A DNA stretch of 64,000 bases from assembly GCA_963667725.2 (NCBI GenBank), contig CAXXHO010000003.1:1600001-1664000 (forward strand), in the 5' to 3' direction. The notes beneath the pieces were generated by a model, which made no database searches, was not told the origin of the DNA, and saw nothing but the letters and a program-made list of their open reading frames with translations. How positions within the stretch are numbered: the first letter of the stretch is position 1; the number at the start of each line of letters is the position of its first letter. Shown here piece after piece: positions 40,836 to 52,320 of the stretch. This stretch comes from Treponemataceae bacterium (GTDB taxonomy: Bacteria; Spirochaetota; Spirochaetia; Treponematales; Rectinemataceae). A program made the translations under genes and the position numbers.

Positions 40836-41041
40836 AGAGTTTGCCTACTTTATCTGAATAAAATATTCTCTATATAGATTTGCTTACTTCTATGGAAACA
40901 AATATTACTTCTTTTAACCGAACTCTTGTTAACCTAACACTAACAATAAAATGATCAGAAAATTGCTTTTATTACCTAATTCACTAATTTTGCAGTGCCA
41001 CCGAAATTATGCAATGTTTTATTTCTGCCCGCGCAGCGTGA

Positions 41042-41555
41042 ATCTAACAATAATTGGATTGTTCCAGATAAATTTGAAATACCAAGAATTACCTTTCTTT
41101 GTAATGGGATAGATAAGTTCTATCCTAAAAAATAGAATATTTTTTGGAAAAGAAATACAAATTTCCTGTTATACGAATATATCTTTTATACTGTTAGGCA
41201 TAAATTCTAAATGATAATAGTATATTTATAGTGGTAGTATCATTTTCTCAGGAAAGGCAACTATGCTTCTCATCTCTCTTCTAATGACTATACTAGGTAA
41301 TGTTCTTTCCTAGCAGCCCTTCCCGGCTGTTACTGAAAGACGCTTGATAACAACACATGAGCGTGTTCTTCGCCGAAACAGAATGAATACGCTCGGGGAA
41401 CTTTCCTAAACTTTAATATTTTATGTTTCTTTGTTATCATAAAGAGTCTATCTGGAAAGTCAATCTGAAAACGATATTCTCTATTGGTTAATGTAGAGTA
41501 ATCAACTCTTTTTACATCATTAATTATTACTATATCAGTAATCATTAAGCAGGCA
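41042..41555 (-). promoter_or_regulatory. attI/Pc-like platform 1
   Basis: GTTAGAT core at the array head; TTGACT-N16-TATGAT at 41436-41463; homologous to 54058-54570. Confidence 0.6.
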
Positions 41556-41921
41556 AAACCTCATAAAAGGAAAGGAGCATCATGTTCAGAGACTCTCTAC
41601 ATCATAGATTGAGTACACTTTTCTACATCCAGCCTAACCTGCAATCAGGAGAGATTGGCGGATTTGAGCACACTTCATCTACTCGATCGTCATAAATAGC
41701 ATCTTAGCGAGCTTCTCTAATATACCATCCTCTTCTTCTGTAACGACTTATCAGGTAAATCAAGAACAAAAGTATTGAGGTACCCTTCGAAAGCAAATAT
41801 AAATCCTAAGTAAATCAAACAAAAAACGTTAGATACTATCAAATTTTAAGCTGAATTAGGGCAAAACAATGCGATTTTTACTACAGGCACCTCGTAGTAA
41901 GGCACTGTGTAAGGAGAATCA

Positions 41922-42140
41922 ATGACCCCGGGAAACGAGGATATTAAGGAGCTGAGGGAGGCGTTGGTCAATGTCAAATTTGGGGAGGTGGAGGTACGGG
42001 TTCATGAAGGATCTAATTTTTCAATGACGATCACTACCTTAAAGAATAAGCTTGCGGCTAACAAAGAGAGGGTTGTCATACATTCCCGCCTACGGAGTAG
42101 CGACAAAGGAGAAGTGAGACATAAGCAATGCGATTCTTAA
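41922..42140 (+). CDS. Small DUF2292/YezD-like protein, copy 2
   Basis: Paralog of 35164-35355 with a similar RBS context. Confidence 0.6.
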   Translation: MTPGNEDIKELREALVNVKFGEVEVRVHEGSNFSMTITTLKNKLAANKERVVIHSRLRSSDKGEVRHKQCDS

Positions 42141-42735
42141 GCTCACAAGTTATATCCTTAACACCGAGGGAGGGGGGGGCAAATCTCTAGGGCATTTAGG
42201 TGTAAACCGCAGCGTTTCGGCTCACTCCCACTCTACGGATTCAGGGGGTAAGGGGGTCACGAAAAAATATTCTAAATAATCTTCAATTTTTTAATAAACC
42301 AGATCATAGTCCAAGCATTGTTAAAAGGGAGATAAAGGCTCTAGGAACAGTTGTATAATCAGGAATGACATTAATACTAGGATGTGTTATATAATGTGCT
42401 CCAGAATGTACAAAACTTGATTCACCTTTCAAATGTAGCTCGATTAATCACAAAGTAAAAGCTAATCTTTCTCCTATTACCTGCTTTTTCTAACCGTTAC
42501 CATTCATGGAAACTAGGGACCGATGAAATTACTAATAACCTTATTCGCTAATACTCATCAAAAGGATCCGACATGAAACATGTTTCACTAATCGCTGTAA
42601 CCGTATTGCCTACAAACTCAATATGAAACATCGTAAGAAGTTTGGTTATAAAAACCATTTCGGGTTATTCTACAACGTCGCCTCTCCGTTGCCCCTCGAC
42701 CTTGAATTCAGGTTAATCTCATGGATACTCAGTTC

Positions 42736-43509
42736 TTATGCTTTCTTGCCAATATAAAAAACATACCCATAGTACTGTTTGTATTTTGAATATAGCTCAG
42801 CTTCATACTTCATGTTTTCAACAAAATCTTTAGCAGCACTATTCCCTGCATGTTCACTTAAAAATGTTTTTTGTATTGCTTGTTGCGGTTTGAAATAAGT
42901 ATCAATCCAGCATGTTTCTGGTAACGTAAACGCAGCAACAAGCCTATACCCTGTGTTTTGCATTACAGAAATATTATACCCAATTGTATCCATTTCAGGG
43001 ACAGCATCAACCCAGAACTTTTCAATTTCAGTAGGTCGTTCATCGGTAAACCATGACTCATATGTTATAGCAATATAGCCATCTTTCTTTAGAAATTCTT
43101 TCCAATAGTTCAATCCCTTTCTAAATCCAATATTGGCAATGGCCCCTTCAGACCATATAACATCAAATTTTTCATTTCGAAACGGTAAATTATCCATTGA
43201 ACCAACGATACCTTTTACCCTATTCTGCAAACCGAGTCTTTTAGCGTTTGCATTAAATTTACCTACAAAATCGGGGAAAATATCAAGCCCAGTAATAGTA
43301 CCTTTTGTATGTTGTGCAAGAGTCATCGTTTGACCGCCTGTTCCACAGGCAAGATCCGCAATTTTTATTTCACTTGAAAAATTATCAATAAATCTTAATG
43401 CCCTAATAGTAGATTCTGAACTACCAGGTCCCTGCCGTTCCAACCTTCCAAAATAGTCACAGATCAATTCTAAATCAAAATCATGAATTGACATTTCTTT
43501 ATTTTCCAT
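42736..43509 (-). CDS. Cassette: class I SAM methyltransferase
   Basis: RQGPGS, DLACGTG, IWSEGA. Confidence 0.88.
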   Translation of the reverse strand: MENKEMSIHDFDLELICDYFGRLERQGPGSSESTIRALRFIDNFSSEIKIADLACGTGGQTMTLAQHTKGTITGLDIFPDFVGKFNANAKRLGLQNRVKGIVGSMDNLPFRNEKFDVIWSEGAIANIGFRKGLNYWKEFLKKDGYIAITYESWFTDERPTEIEKFWVDAVPEMDTIGYNISVMQNTGYRLVAAFTLPETCWIDTYFKPQQAIQKTFLSEHAGNSAAKDFVENMKYEAELYSKYKQYYGYVFYIGKKA

Positions 43510-43793
43510 AGGTAAAATCCTTTATCAAGAGAATACTACTATACGGCTAAATCTTTTTTAAAGAGCAGTGAAAATGATATTACCTTTAACCCTTACTATT
43601 ATCCTTTTTTCTTCTTGCGCGAAGCGTCAATTTAGCATTCGTTTAGCCTACGAGCGAATTCCCGAGCCACGCGAGGGATTGGTGTCATTCTTGCTCGCTT
43701 CTTACTAATTATGGCTTTCTTCTCTTCTTCCTTTCAACCTCACCAGAATAATGACAACGTGCGAGTCAGGTTGAAACGGTTATTAGGCGATAA

Positions 43794-44546
43794 CTATTTT
43801 TTTACTCCAACGACCTTTGTCCATGTAAAGTTTCCACCATCAAGCTCAAGCATTTCTACGTCACCAGTCCTTTTTAGTATCCCGGCTTCTTTCAGTGTTT
43901 TATCCCAATGTAGCCATATATTATACCCATTAGGCATATTCTCTGCTTTTAGTACATCAACACATTCTGACCTGGCCCATAACCTTGACCACCATTCCGG
44001 TGTATGGTGTGTATAATTGTATGGTTCCCAATATTCCCCTATTCTTTCAATATCTTCTTGCGTCCATTCATGGTTTACACCAGGTACAACAATGCCTATC
44101 TCACCCTTTGGTTTGAGGTATTTCGTTATGTATGACACATACATCTCATCTGTACCAAAATAGTGATATGCATCTAGGCTTACTACTGCATCAAAAAAAC
44201 CATACGCAAATGGCAGGGAATGTGCTTCTATGTTAATGGGATATACCAAATCTTCAACTTCTTTATCCTTTATTCGTACAAAGTTATCTACTGCCTTTAT
44301 CCAAAGATCAGCAGCCCAAACCTGGGCCTTATATTCTTTGGCTATAAATATTGAACTTAATGCTTTCCCGCATCCAAGATCTAATACACGCATCCCCGCA
44401 TGCAATCCCATTGTTTCACATAGATACTCTACAAGCCATGTTGAGCTTGGTCCCATCTCGTTTTCATTCAACCATTCTATGTCATATTTTGCTGATAACG
44501 GGAATTGTGGTGACTTCATCTTTTCTTGAAGCATTAGCTTGTCCAT
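43794..44546 (-). CDS. Cassette: SAM methyltransferase
   Basis: LDLGCGK, DAYHYFG. Confidence 0.85.
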   Translation of the reverse strand: MDKLMLQEKMKSPQFPLSAKYDIEWLNENEMGPSSTWLVEYLCETMGLHAGMRVLDLGCGKALSSIFIAKEYKAQVWAADLWIKAVDNFVRIKDKEVEDLVYPINIEAHSLPFAYGFFDAVVSLDAYHYFGTDEMYVSYITKYLKPKGEIGIVVPGVNHEWTQEDIERIGEYWEPYNYTHHTPEWWSRLWARSECVDVLKAENMPNGYNIWLHWDKTLKEAGILKRTGDVEMLELDGGNFTWTKVVGVKK

Positions 44547-44650
44547 GATTAATCCAATCCTCACAACATCATTAGTTACAATACCATTACTATTTTACTT
44601 GCGCGAAGTACAAGTCCGCCTAACATTGGCTATAACAATCTTTTTGCTTT

Positions 44651-44983
44651 TCATCTTGTTTTCGCTATCTGAAGCAGTTCTATTGGCATTCCTTCCTCTT
44701 CAATAAATGCAACAAGATTCCCTTCTGACGGGCTATTAGGCAGAATTATTACCTTTTTATCTTTGATGTATTCATACAGATCTTCTACTTCAAAGGCAAG
44801 GTGTGGTCTTGTTTTTACGAGTTCTGGAAGAAGACAATCCTCTTCATACCGCATATACTCAATTCCATATATGCTATTCTCAAATCCATAATGATAGCAT
44901 TTATATTCTTTGAGATATACTTCCCCAATTATTCGTTCTTTTACTGGTACACCAAGATGATGATATTTCAGTCGATTATCCAT
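44651..44983 (-). CDS. Cassette: VOC/glyoxalase-like protein
   Basis: HHLGVP, HLAFEV, IELL. Confidence 0.75.
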   Translation of the reverse strand: MDNRLKYHHLGVPVKERIIGEVYLKEYKCYHYGFENSIYGIEYMRYEEDCLLPELVKTRPHLAFEVEDLYEYIKDKKVIILPNSPSEGNLVAFIEEEGMPIELLQIAKTR

Positions 44984-45166
44984 AGTATTTTTGCCTTTAT
45001 CCTGAATTGTGATGCACGCAAAGCGTGTCCGACTAACATTTGCTTACCCCTTAACGGCCGCTCCTGAGCAAAGCGAAGGATTGGCGTGGTTTGTGCATTG
45101 TTGTTCTTGCACAAACCATGACAAAAGACTTTTAAGGTTGAAACATGTGTTAGCCGATTCTTTTCT

Positions 45167-46156
45167 CTATAGTGTTCCCGATTCTACCAATTCCAAGAAA
45201 ATTTTCCCAAGCTTTGGGTCAAACTGAGTTCCTAAATTGGCATATATTATATCTATTGCTTCTTTTACATTAAGTGCTTTTCTATATGATCTAGTAGAAG
45301 TAATTGCATCATAGGTATCAGCAAGAGCTAAAATCCTACTTCCGATATTTATTTCATCTCCTCTTTGTCTATCAGGATATCCATTTCCGTCATATCTTTC
45401 ATGATGATGTTTGGCAATATCAATTACTTCCTTAAGATTCAAAAAGGGTGATAGTATTTGCGCTGTTATTGTTGGATGCTTCTGCATCTCAATCATTTCT
45501 GCTTCTGTGAGTTTTCCCGACTTATTTAGAATTGTTTCGCTTACACCGATTTTCCCAATATCATGAAGCTTTGCAGCAAGTTCAATATCCGCATAGAGTT
45601 GTGATTGACCATATACTTCTTGCACATATTTTGTTGATATTTTTGTTACTCTCTCCGAGTGACCTTTTGTATATATATATTTAGCTTCTAGAGTATAGAC
45701 TAAAGAATTTAGGGACTCAATAAAAAGACTATTTAATCGATCAGTTAATCCTGTTATTTCTAGTTTGAGCTTTTGATTATACTTAAGGTTTTCTTCCTCT
45801 ACTCTATGTTTTTCAGTTATATCTCTTGATAATACTATTGAGCCTACTTTTAAATCTTTATCATTAGAAATGATTTGATAAATATTTTCATAAACTTTAC
45901 CGTTAGCATTATCGATAACCATTCTCTTGAATGATTTTTCTTTTTCTTGCAAATAAACAACAGCACGCCGAACCTTTTCATGTGATTCTGGTTTATGACA
46001 GCTAATAATATTTTGTCCAATTTTTTCTTCTCGTTTGATATGTCTTATCTTTTCAGCAGCACTATTCACAAAAATGATTTCATCATTTTCATCAGCTACT
46101 ACCAGCCCATCTGGAAGATTTTCAAGGATAGTTTTGTAAATCATTTGATCTGACAT
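45167..46156 (-). CDS. Cassette: PAS + HD-GYP phosphodiesterase
   Basis: PAS N-terminus; HDIGK, HHERYDGNGYP. Confidence 0.9.
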   Translation of the reverse strand: MSDQMIYKTILENLPDGLVVADENDEIIFVNSAAEKIRHIKREEKIGQNIISCHKPESHEKVRRAVVYLQEKEKSFKRMVIDNANGKVYENIYQIISNDKDLKVGSIVLSRDITEKHRVEEENLKYNQKLKLEITGLTDRLNSLFIESLNSLVYTLEAKYIYTKGHSERVTKISTKYVQEVYGQSQLYADIELAAKLHDIGKIGVSETILNKSGKLTEAEMIEMQKHPTITAQILSPFLNLKEVIDIAKHHHERYDGNGYPDRQRGDEINIGSRILALADTYDAITSTRSYRKALNVKEAIDIIYANLGTQFDPKLGKIFLELVESGTL

Positions 46157-46303
46157 AACTGTTTTTCTCCTTAATTCTGCCTAGAGGGTCTGGTTAACAT
46201 CGACTTTAAGCTTGGAGCTTCGATCGCGAAGCGGTTGGCGCACTTTTTGTGTGAACTTCTCGCAAAATGTGTGACAAAGAAGCGACTCATCTTGAAGCAG
46301 TTG

Positions 46304-46828
46304 TTAGAATTCCTCTTTTACTTTTGATTCAAATACTATCGGCAAATAAGCTTCAAATATTGTAACAAATTCCTTTGTCTTCATCATCTTGTGTATTTCT
46401 TCTTTACTTACTATCCTCGCTTCTTCTACTTCTGTTTCTTGACATACTATATCTTCAATCTTAACCTTTTGTTCGAATAGCCATACATCAACAAAGTTAG
46501 GGCTAAATGTATTAGTCCCATCGTACTGATGTATGATTCTTCCATTTTTTGGATCCAGATCTATTCCTAATTCTTCTTTTGTTTCCTTCAATGCTGTGGT
46601 AAGGCTATCGTGGCCTGCTATAGCTGATCCGCCAGTACATTCCCATAAGCCAGGGAATATTGGCCTATTATTCTTTCTCTTTGATATAATATATCGATTC
46701 TTTGATGTTCTTACCCAAACGTGTACAACTAAATGGAAATCACCGTCTGCAAGTTTTTTCCCTCGTTGTATTGTTCTTCCAGTTTTATTCCGATTTGAAT
46801 CAAGAATATCCCAATACTCATTTTCCAT
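46304..46828 (-). CDS. Cassette: NUDIX hydrolase
   Basis: GG......TALKETKEELG Nudix box. Confidence 0.88.
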   Translation of the reverse strand: MENEYWDILDSNRNKTGRTIQRGKKLADGDFHLVVHVWVRTSKNRYIISKRKNNRPIFPGLWECTGGSAIAGHDSLTTALKETKEELGIDLDPKNGRIIHQYDGTNTFSPNFVDVWLFEQKVKIEDIVCQETEVEEARIVSKEEIHKMMKTKEFVTIFEAYLPIVFESKVKEEF

Positions 46829-47032
46829 ATATTGTTCCATGTTTTCATGTGATCTTAATAGGTAATTCTTGCATTCGCTTAACCTGTTAGCGCATACCCA
46901 AGCGAAGCGAGGGTTTGGCAACATTATTGCGGCTATCTTAAGTGCAGCTTTCTTTATTCTATACGTGCATCACGCAAGAATGATACCAAAGCGTGAGTTA
47001 GGCTTAAGCATGTGTTAAGTCGTTTTTCTTTA

Positions 47033-47614
47033 TCATATTTCATATTTCTTTAATTCTTCATTACCATATAATTCGAAATACTCTTGTGAAATTATATCCA
47101 TCAATATTTCATCATAGTATTTGTTCCCAATAATTCGTCTATGCCTATGTCTCCCAATAATTTTGAATCCTACTTTTTCATATAAATGTATCGCTGGTTT
47201 ATTGAATTCCCATGTCCCAAGCTGAACACTCTCTAGATTTATATCGATAAATGCATGTTTCAACATTAATTGTATTGATTCTATTCCAAAACCTTTTCTT
47301 CTGTTTTCTTCTCCATAAATCATAATACTCAACGTTCCAGATCTATTATATATATCAATTGAATTGATACTTATATCTCCAATTATTATATTAGTATCTT
47401 CTCGAAATATTACGTAGGTTTGATCTTTTTGATATCCTTCTAGTTTATCTTTCATTTGTTTTTCATATACAGCACTGCCGCAATTCCGACCATATACTTT
47501 TATATGGTCATCATTCATATAATTTGCAAGAATTGGAATATCATTTTCTTGAAGTGGATTAAGATAAACCTTTTTACCAACCATAGACATAAACTTTGTC
47601 ATAAGTAACTCCAT
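47033..47614 (-). CDS. Cassette: GNAT (RimJ/RimL) acetyltransferase
   Basis: RRKGFG, N.PAI.LYEKVGF. Confidence 0.88.
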   Translation of the reverse strand: MELLMTKFMSMVGKKVYLNPLQENDIPILANYMNDDHIKVYGRNCGSAVYEKQMKDKLEGYQKDQTYVIFREDTNIIIGDISINSIDIYNRSGTLSIMIYGEENRRKGFGIESIQLMLKHAFIDINLESVQLGTWEFNKPAIHLYEKVGFKIIGRHRHRRIIGNKYYDEILMDIISQEYFELYGNEELKKYEI

Positions 47615-47755
47615 TTAGCATTTTCAGTCTTCATTTTCGTAAATCGACCTAATATTCGTTTAGCCTTTAAATCCGTGCCCGAAGGGCTTGGCACGTTTTG
47701 TGCGTTGTTGTTCTACACAAAACATGCCAAAGGATTTATAAGGTTGAAACGGTTG

Positions 47756-48733
47756 TTATGCGCTTTTTCTTAAGTTACTATAATAATCTATAAGCCCAAT
47801 CCTAAACGCTATATCATTAACCTTTCTCTCTTCTTTTCTCCAATCATTTTCAAGCGATATTCCTGAATATGCACCCCATTTCGTAAACGAATATGGTCTC
47901 TTAATATTTTTGATACTTTCTATCATGTTCTCAACATTATTTAGATTTCTGTTCACTTTTTTAAGGGTATTGATGTCTCTAAGTAATCCCATTCTTGCTA
48001 AGTATTCGTTTCTTATTAACCATTCTGCTTTTTTATCATCATTACATTCAATAAAATCGGTATCTATTTCATGCATTAAGTAACTACCTGGAGCTATCAA
48101 TTGCCCTTTATAAGGAATATAGACATTAGGAATGGGCTGCAATCTACAAAGTCTTTCAAATGCTTTTACCATCATTTCAATAGTATGGACACTTTTCCAA
48201 GATTTTGAAAATGCCAATACTCTAAAATTATAATAATCAGGGAATAGCTTCCCTTCTTTATAAACCCATGTGTCGCTCTTCTTTACTGCAAAGTCATCTA
48301 TCGAACTATAATCAAGTACTGCTTTAAAGCACTTTAATGAATGCTCAATACGTTCAATAACATCAGGATGCGAATCGAACCCTGAACTCGCTAAGAGTGA
48401 TGCCTTTATCGTTACCGATGCACTATACCCCTTATCTTCAACGTACTTACCTACTTTCGTGATTCCTCTTGTAAACAGTGCGCCGTTATTATCTGTTTGA
48501 CGAACTAATTCAAGGATTCTTTTATAATGCGGCTCATCTTTATCAATTCCATACTCAGAAAGGATTTTTGCTAAACTTTCTATACTATTATACCCATGAA
48601 ACAGCACCTTCTCGAAGCTCATAGTATCTATAATATTGAAAACATCTTTTATGATTTTCATATCAGCAATTTGATTGTTGATATCAGATGAGCAACTTTT
48701 AAGTAGTCCTAAAGCAAACAATCGTTTACGCAT
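47756..48733 (-). CDS. Cassette: hypothetical protein
   Basis: Long ORF between attC sites; start uncertain. Confidence 0.6.
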   Translation of the reverse strand: MRKRLFALGLLKSCSSDINNQIADMKIIKDVFNIIDTMSFEKVLFHGYNSIESLAKILSEYGIDKDEPHYKRILELVRQTDNNGALFTRGITKVGKYVEDKGYSASVTIKASLLASSGFDSHPDVIERIEHSLKCFKAVLDYSSIDDFAVKKSDTWVYKEGKLFPDYYNFRVLAFSKSWKSVHTIEMMVKAFERLCRLQPIPNVYIPYKGQLIAPGSYLMHEIDTDFIECNDDKKAEWLIRNEYLARMGLLRDINTLKKVNRNLNNVENMIESIKNIKRPYSFTKWGAYSGISLENDWRKEERKVNDIAFRIGLIDYYSNLRKSA

Positions 48734-48939
48734 TGCTGGAGAAGGATTTCTTATGTAGCGAAACACTATTTCTCCTGATTGCGCGCGCGTAGCGCGTCCG
48801 CATAACATTGGCTTGACCCTTAACGCGTCCATTGGTGTGATTCTTGCCACACTTTACGTTACAGCTCCTGCTTTACGTCGATTCGCAAAAACCATGACAA
48901 TAGCGTTATAGGGTCGAAGCGGGTGTTAGGTGCTATTTT

Positions 48940-49632
48940 TTACTTTAGTAGCACTTCTAGCTCGTCCCAAGAATGTATAATATTTTCTTTAATATCTTCA
49001 GATCTATTTGTATTACCAGTATATAAAAACGGAATCATCCCAACATTTTTACTCGCTATATAGTCGTTTTCCCTGTTATCCCCAATAAACCAGATATCAT
49101 TACTTTTTAAGCTAAGCTTCCCTCTTGCTAACTCAAATATGAAGGGATGTGGCTTTCTTATTCCATAATCTGCACTAGAAATTACAAATTCAAAATACTT
49201 GTTTATCCCATGACTTTCCAATTCATACTCAAGAGTATTTCCACAAAAAGTATTATTGCTTATAATACCTATTCGAATATTTTTTGATTTTATTATATTT
49301 AAAGTATTATTAATTCCAGGTGCTAAATATTCTTCTACAACTTTTTTAAAGTATTCTATTTCAATAGAATTATTTGTTTCAACTTTCATCTGAAGACTTT
49401 CAAATATAAGCTTTATAGCTGATACCCAAGAATGCTCAATTAGAGATGACATTCTTTTAGGTCGTATATCACTATATATTTTTTCTTTATGCTCGTTAAA
49501 TTCCTTGAATGATACCTTTTTGGGGTTGCTTGCATTGTTAAAAAGCCATAAGTTTCCTTTATCCCAGTCAAGCTTCGTCTCATGGAATATTGTATCTGCA
49601 AAATCAAATAATATTGCCTTTGGTTTTTTCAT
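48940..49632 (-). CDS. Cassette: HAD hydrolase
   Basis: FDFADT, KPHP, IGD...D. Confidence 0.88.
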   Translation of the reverse strand: MKKPKAILFDFADTIFHETKLDWDKGNLWLFNNASNPKKVSFKEFNEHKEKIYSDIRPKRMSSLIEHSWVSAIKLIFESLQMKVETNNSIEIEYFKKVVEEYLAPGINNTLNIIKSKNIRIGIISNNTFCGNTLEYELESHGINKYFEFVISSADYGIRKPHPFIFELARGKLSLKSNDIWFIGDNRENDYIASKNVGMIPFLYTGNTNRSEDIKENIIHSWDELEVLLK

Positions 49633-49659
49633 TTTTCCTCTGCGTGAAGCGTCCACCTA

Positions 49660-51300
49660 GGGATTCCTGAAGAACCCGCTTTTCAATCTTTCAAGCCGCT
49701 CTCAACAGCCCCATTGGTATAAATTTTAATCGTTCTGCTATTTCAATAATCGTATCAATGAGCAACACAAAAAGGGCTTTCGCCTTTCTCCTTGCCAACA
49801 CCATGAGGTTCATCACCAAGAATACCATCATGATGGAAGTCTCGCTCGTTTCCTTAAGCTTCGTTCCAATACTATCGAGCGTATAACGTCGTTTCGCTTC
49901 TCCAAACTTGCCCTCTACCGCGATCCTCATGCTCTCATCTTCTCGCTCGATTCTTTTTTGTTCACGTATTCGTTCTTTATTCTTGCCGTTAACCTTGAAC
50001 GGCCTTCCCAGCTTCGGCCCCGATAATCGTATCCCATACTCTTGGCAGTACTGCAGATTCTCCCTCGTCCTATAGATCTTATCGGCGCATACCGCTTCTG
50101 GATATCTCCCATATCGCCGCTTATAGCTTTCTATTTGCCCTTTCAAATCTTTGCATTCGTTGTAGGAATCCCATGAGAGCCTATAGACTTCCGCCATTCC
50201 ATCAACAAGGCTCAACGAGAGCTTCGCTCCAAACTCATACATTCCTCGGGCCTTTCCTCTCGCGATCGGACGCACCCAAGGCTTACTTATGCTTAAGATC
50301 CTTCCTTCTATCGACCAGGTGTCACTGCGGTACAATTCTCTCTGCTGGCGGACCAATTCTCCGATTACCCACAGATCCTGCCGCTGCTTTCTCGAGAGCG
50401 AAGTTATCCCTACTTTGTCCTTGTATTCATTGATCAACCGCAGGTTCCGCTCGACATATTGGATCTGCGTTTTCAACGCTCTCCTTATCGTATTCACTCT
50501 CGGCTTTCGGTTCCGTATGAAGGTCAGAAACTCTTTTCTCGCCTTCTTCCTATACGTCCTTGGTTTTTCCCAACCCTCCGGCATTTCTTTCTGGAGCGTA
50601 TCGATGATACTTTCAGTCTTCCTTCTCGCTTCATCCAGCAAGGTCACATCATGGGGGAATCTCATATCTTCGGGAGCGCAGGTAGCATCAACGATCAAGG
50701 TCCCTTTATTCTCTTGCCCTTTCTCTTCTCCATCCCCTGCGCCGTTGCCTTTATCTTCATCATCATGGTGTTCATCGTCGGCTTTGCTCTTCTCGATGAT
50801 CAATGAATTCACTTCTTTCAGGACGTCAGCAGATAATCGTTTCCTGAAATGCACCATCATGCTCGGATCGAAAGGTATCTCATATTTGTATCCTTCGTAT
50901 CCTAAGAAGAACTGTAGATAAGGACTCTCTCGAATATCCTCCACCAGTTCTTCATCTGAAAGATTCTTCTTCTCTTTTATTATGAGAGCGCCTAACGCGA
51001 CTCTCACCGGTATCGCCGGCCTTCCATTATTAGCGACGAACAGCTTTGAATATTTCTCTTCGACATCTTTCCAAGGGATCAGGCTTGCCAAGATTACCCA
51101 ACGATTATCCGCTTTCAAGCTGCCGCCGAACACCATGTCGAACTGATCAAACTCAGGCGTATACTTTGGTATTCTGTACATCTTCGCCTTCCAAGTGCAC
51201 GACTTTTTCACGCTTTTCTTCAATTTCCGTGCACTTTTCCGGTCCATTATATCATATATTCCTTTAACTGATTTGACTTTATTTCTTTTTCAGGAGCCCC
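49660..51300 (-). mobile_element. IS5-family insertion sequence
   Basis: Imperfect 15-bp IRs (GGGATTCCTGAAGAA / GGGGCTCCTGAAAAA); 6-bp duplication CACCTA. Confidence 0.88.
49691..51247 (-). CDS. IS5-family transposase
   Basis: NRWV.LA..IPW, VDAT, ADKIY, VEGKFG motifs; true start may be 51181. Confidence 0.9.
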   Translation of the reverse strand: MDRKSARKLKKSVKKSCTWKAKMYRIPKYTPEFDQFDMVFGGSLKADNRWVILASLIPWKDVEEKYSKLFVANNGRPAIPVRVALGALIIKEKKNLSDEELVEDIRESPYLQFFLGYEGYKYEIPFDPSMMVHFRKRLSADVLKEVNSLIIEKSKADDEHHDDEDKGNGAGDGEEKGQENKGTLIVDATCAPEDMRFPHDVTLLDEARRKTESIIDTLQKEMPEGWEKPRTYRKKARKEFLTFIRNRKPRVNTIRRALKTQIQYVERNLRLINEYKDKVGITSLSRKQRQDLWVIGELVRQQRELYRSDTWSIEGRILSISKPWVRPIARGKARGMYEFGAKLSLSLVDGMAEVYRLSWDSYNECKDLKGQIESYKRRYGRYPEAVCADKIYRTRENLQYCQEYGIRLSGPKLGRPFKVNGKNKERIREQKRIEREDESMRIAVEGKFGEAKRRYTLDSIGTKLKETSETSIMMVFLVMNLMVLARRKAKALFVLLIDTIIEIAERLKFIPMGLLRAA

Positions 51301-51453
51301 CACCTAACATTTTTGCTTAAGCTGGGAGCTTCGATCGCGAAACGGTTGGCGCGCTTTGTGCATTGTTGTTCTGCACAAAACGTACTAAAGGATTTATAAG
51401 GTTGAAGCATTTGTTCGGCAGTTCTTCATTCTCTTATTTCCTCACAAAACATA

Positions 51454-52320
51454 TCATTCTAAAACAATCATTTCTTCACAATAGTCGGTATAAGGCCGTA
51501 TCTTATTGTAATTTCGTATGAATCGAAGCTTCGGATCTATTTGTTGTATTAAAATGTTTGTCGATTCTTCATTATACCTTTTACATATGTTTCGCGTATC
51601 TAAATCAAGTATTTTACATGCCTCTAAAGTTGGACAAAAATTCATCGAATGAAATACAAGCTTTTTATTATTTCTATTTACTATTGGTGCTTCTTTCTGG
51701 TCTATTCCAAAACGACACAACAGTAGTCTATAGGCACTTTGTAGTGAATCTTCACTGAGAAATCTAAATAAATCTTTCTTTTCATCAAACCAGGCTAATC
51801 TTCGATTAACTGAGTCCTTACAAAGAATATCGAGCCCTTCTTCATTTATATTCCGTAGCCTTTTTACTTCATCACGAACAGTTTTATTATATAATAATTC
51901 ACAGTTATGAAATAAAATACCGGAATGAACAACTACTTCTTTTCCTGCTCTATCAAAAACTTCTTTACATAATAAATTGATCCTTTTTCTCCCTTGCTCA
52001 ATTGATTGTTCTATAGAATAGCCATATGCAACTTCAGCGATTCCTGACCACACAATGGCAGAAGAACACATGGGACACGGCTCATGAGTAGACACAATCA
52101 TACATTTAGAAAGGTCCTTACCAATTATTTTTGTTGCATGCTTTATTGCATTAATCTCTGCATGTGATGTGGGATCACAAAGTGTTTCTTCTTCATCATG
52201 TGCTTGTGAAAGTATTTCATTGCCTTTTACTATTACTGCACCAAAGCCATGATTACCTTCTTTTAAGCTAGTTTTAGCTTCATGGACTGCGATTTCCATT
52301 ATACTTTCGATAAAGCTCAT
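51454..52320 (-). CDS. Cassette: nucleoside deaminase with C-terminal extra domain
   Basis: HAE and PCPMC zinc motifs. Confidence 0.85.
   Translation of the reverse strand: MSFIESIMEIAVHEAKTSLKEGNHGFGAVIVKGNEILSQAHDEEETLCDPTSHAEINAIKHATKIIGKDLSKCMIVSTHEPCPMCSSAIVWSGIAEVAYGYSIEQSIEQGRKRINLLCKEVFDRAGKEVVVHSGILFHNCELLYNKTVRDEVKRLRNINEEGLDILCKDSVNRRLAWFDEKKDLFRFLSEDSLQSAYRLLLCRFGIDQKEAPIVNRNNKKLVFHSMNFCPTLEACKILDLDTRNICKRYNEESTNILIQQIDPKLRFIRNYNKIRPYTDYCEEMIVLE

Larger units (their letters stand above)
35341..41070 (-). mobile_element. Integron-type gene cassette array 1 (no intI seen)
   Basis: attC sites at ~35341-35398, 36344-36468, 37274-37379, 38535-38661, 40240-40364; co-oriented AT-rich single genes; attI-like site at ~41042. 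Confidence 0.85.

Noticed and set aside
41330..41545. 71-aa ORF in platform 1
   Set aside because: The homologous frame in platform 2 has an in-frame stop, so it is probably non-coding
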